From IMG/VR virus record IMGVR_UViG_3300027533_000247, positions 1-46,841 of that record: a DNA stretch of 46,841 nucleotides; one strand, written 5' to 3'. This document shows, in pieces, positions 46,691-46,841 of the stretch (within the stretch, counting starts at the first letter, position 1; each line of letters starts with the position of its first letter). A program made the translations under genes and the position numbers. The notes beneath the pieces were generated by a model, which ran no database searches, had not been told where the DNA came from, and saw only the letters and a program-made list of their open reading frames with translations. The stretch comes from a virus. Lineage: Duplodnaviria; Caudoviricetes.

Positions 46691-46841
46691 ATGGTCAGAG
46701 GCCACGAACCAGTAGATTTAAGTAATCTAAAAGGATTATGGGCTAGGGGAGATGTTGAAAATACTCCCTTAGACCATATGCAGGATTGTCTTAATATACA
46801 ATTCAAGGGTAATAATTTTCTAACTGTCGATGGAATTGGTA
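46691..46841 (+). CDS. 5' part of the tail nozzle gene that spans the circular junction
   Basis: ATG at 46691 reads MVRGHEPVDLSNLKGLWARGDVENTPLDH and runs in frame into MQDCLN..., the start of ORF 66..1496. Confidence 0.85.
   Translation, partial: MVRGHEPVDLSNLKGLWARGDVENTPLDHMQDCLNIQFKGNNFLTVDGIG
46713..46841. repeat. Terminal direct repeat, right copy
   Basis: Matches 1-129 with one mismatch. Confidence 0.95.

Noticed and set aside
1-46841. Retron, DGR, integrase, alternative genetic code or Z-base pathway
   Set aside because: I recognise no reverse transcriptase, recombinase or PurZ-like ORF, and the core genes are intact in the standard code.

Overview
The window is an apparently complete, circularly assembled, AT-rich tailed-phage genome of about 46.7 kb. 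Positions 1-129 repeat 46713-46841 with one mismatch. The layout is podovirus-like and I see no integrase or repressor. The + strand late arm (31222 through the junction to 8356) encodes terminase, portal, scaffold, major capsid, tail tube/nozzle, fibre, lysis and ejection proteins, plus a Tad2-like (DUF2829) anti-defence protein. The - strand early/replication arm (about 30600 down to 8544) encodes a UDG-PolA fusion, a P-loop helicase/primase-like protein, a Sak4-like ATPase, an SSB-like protein, a PD-(D/E)XK nuclease, a SprT-SNF2 fusion, two HNH nucleases, two cold-shock-domain proteins, tRNA-Leu(UAA) and tRNA-Ile(UAU). The most striking signals are non-coding. (1) A putative host-wired transcription circuit: three sigma54-type -24/-12 promoters, each near TGACA-N5-TGTCA palindromes, with an IHF site and a tandem NrdR-box pair, although the phage has no recognisable activator or ribonucleotide reductase. 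(2) At least 32 dispersed copies of AAGCGCG, 16 per strand, against about 1-2 expected. (3) Several intergenic structured RNAs whose G-U pairs give their strand. (4) A ~470-bp symmetric origin-like palindrome. All protein calls come from motif recognition and gene order, not from database searches.
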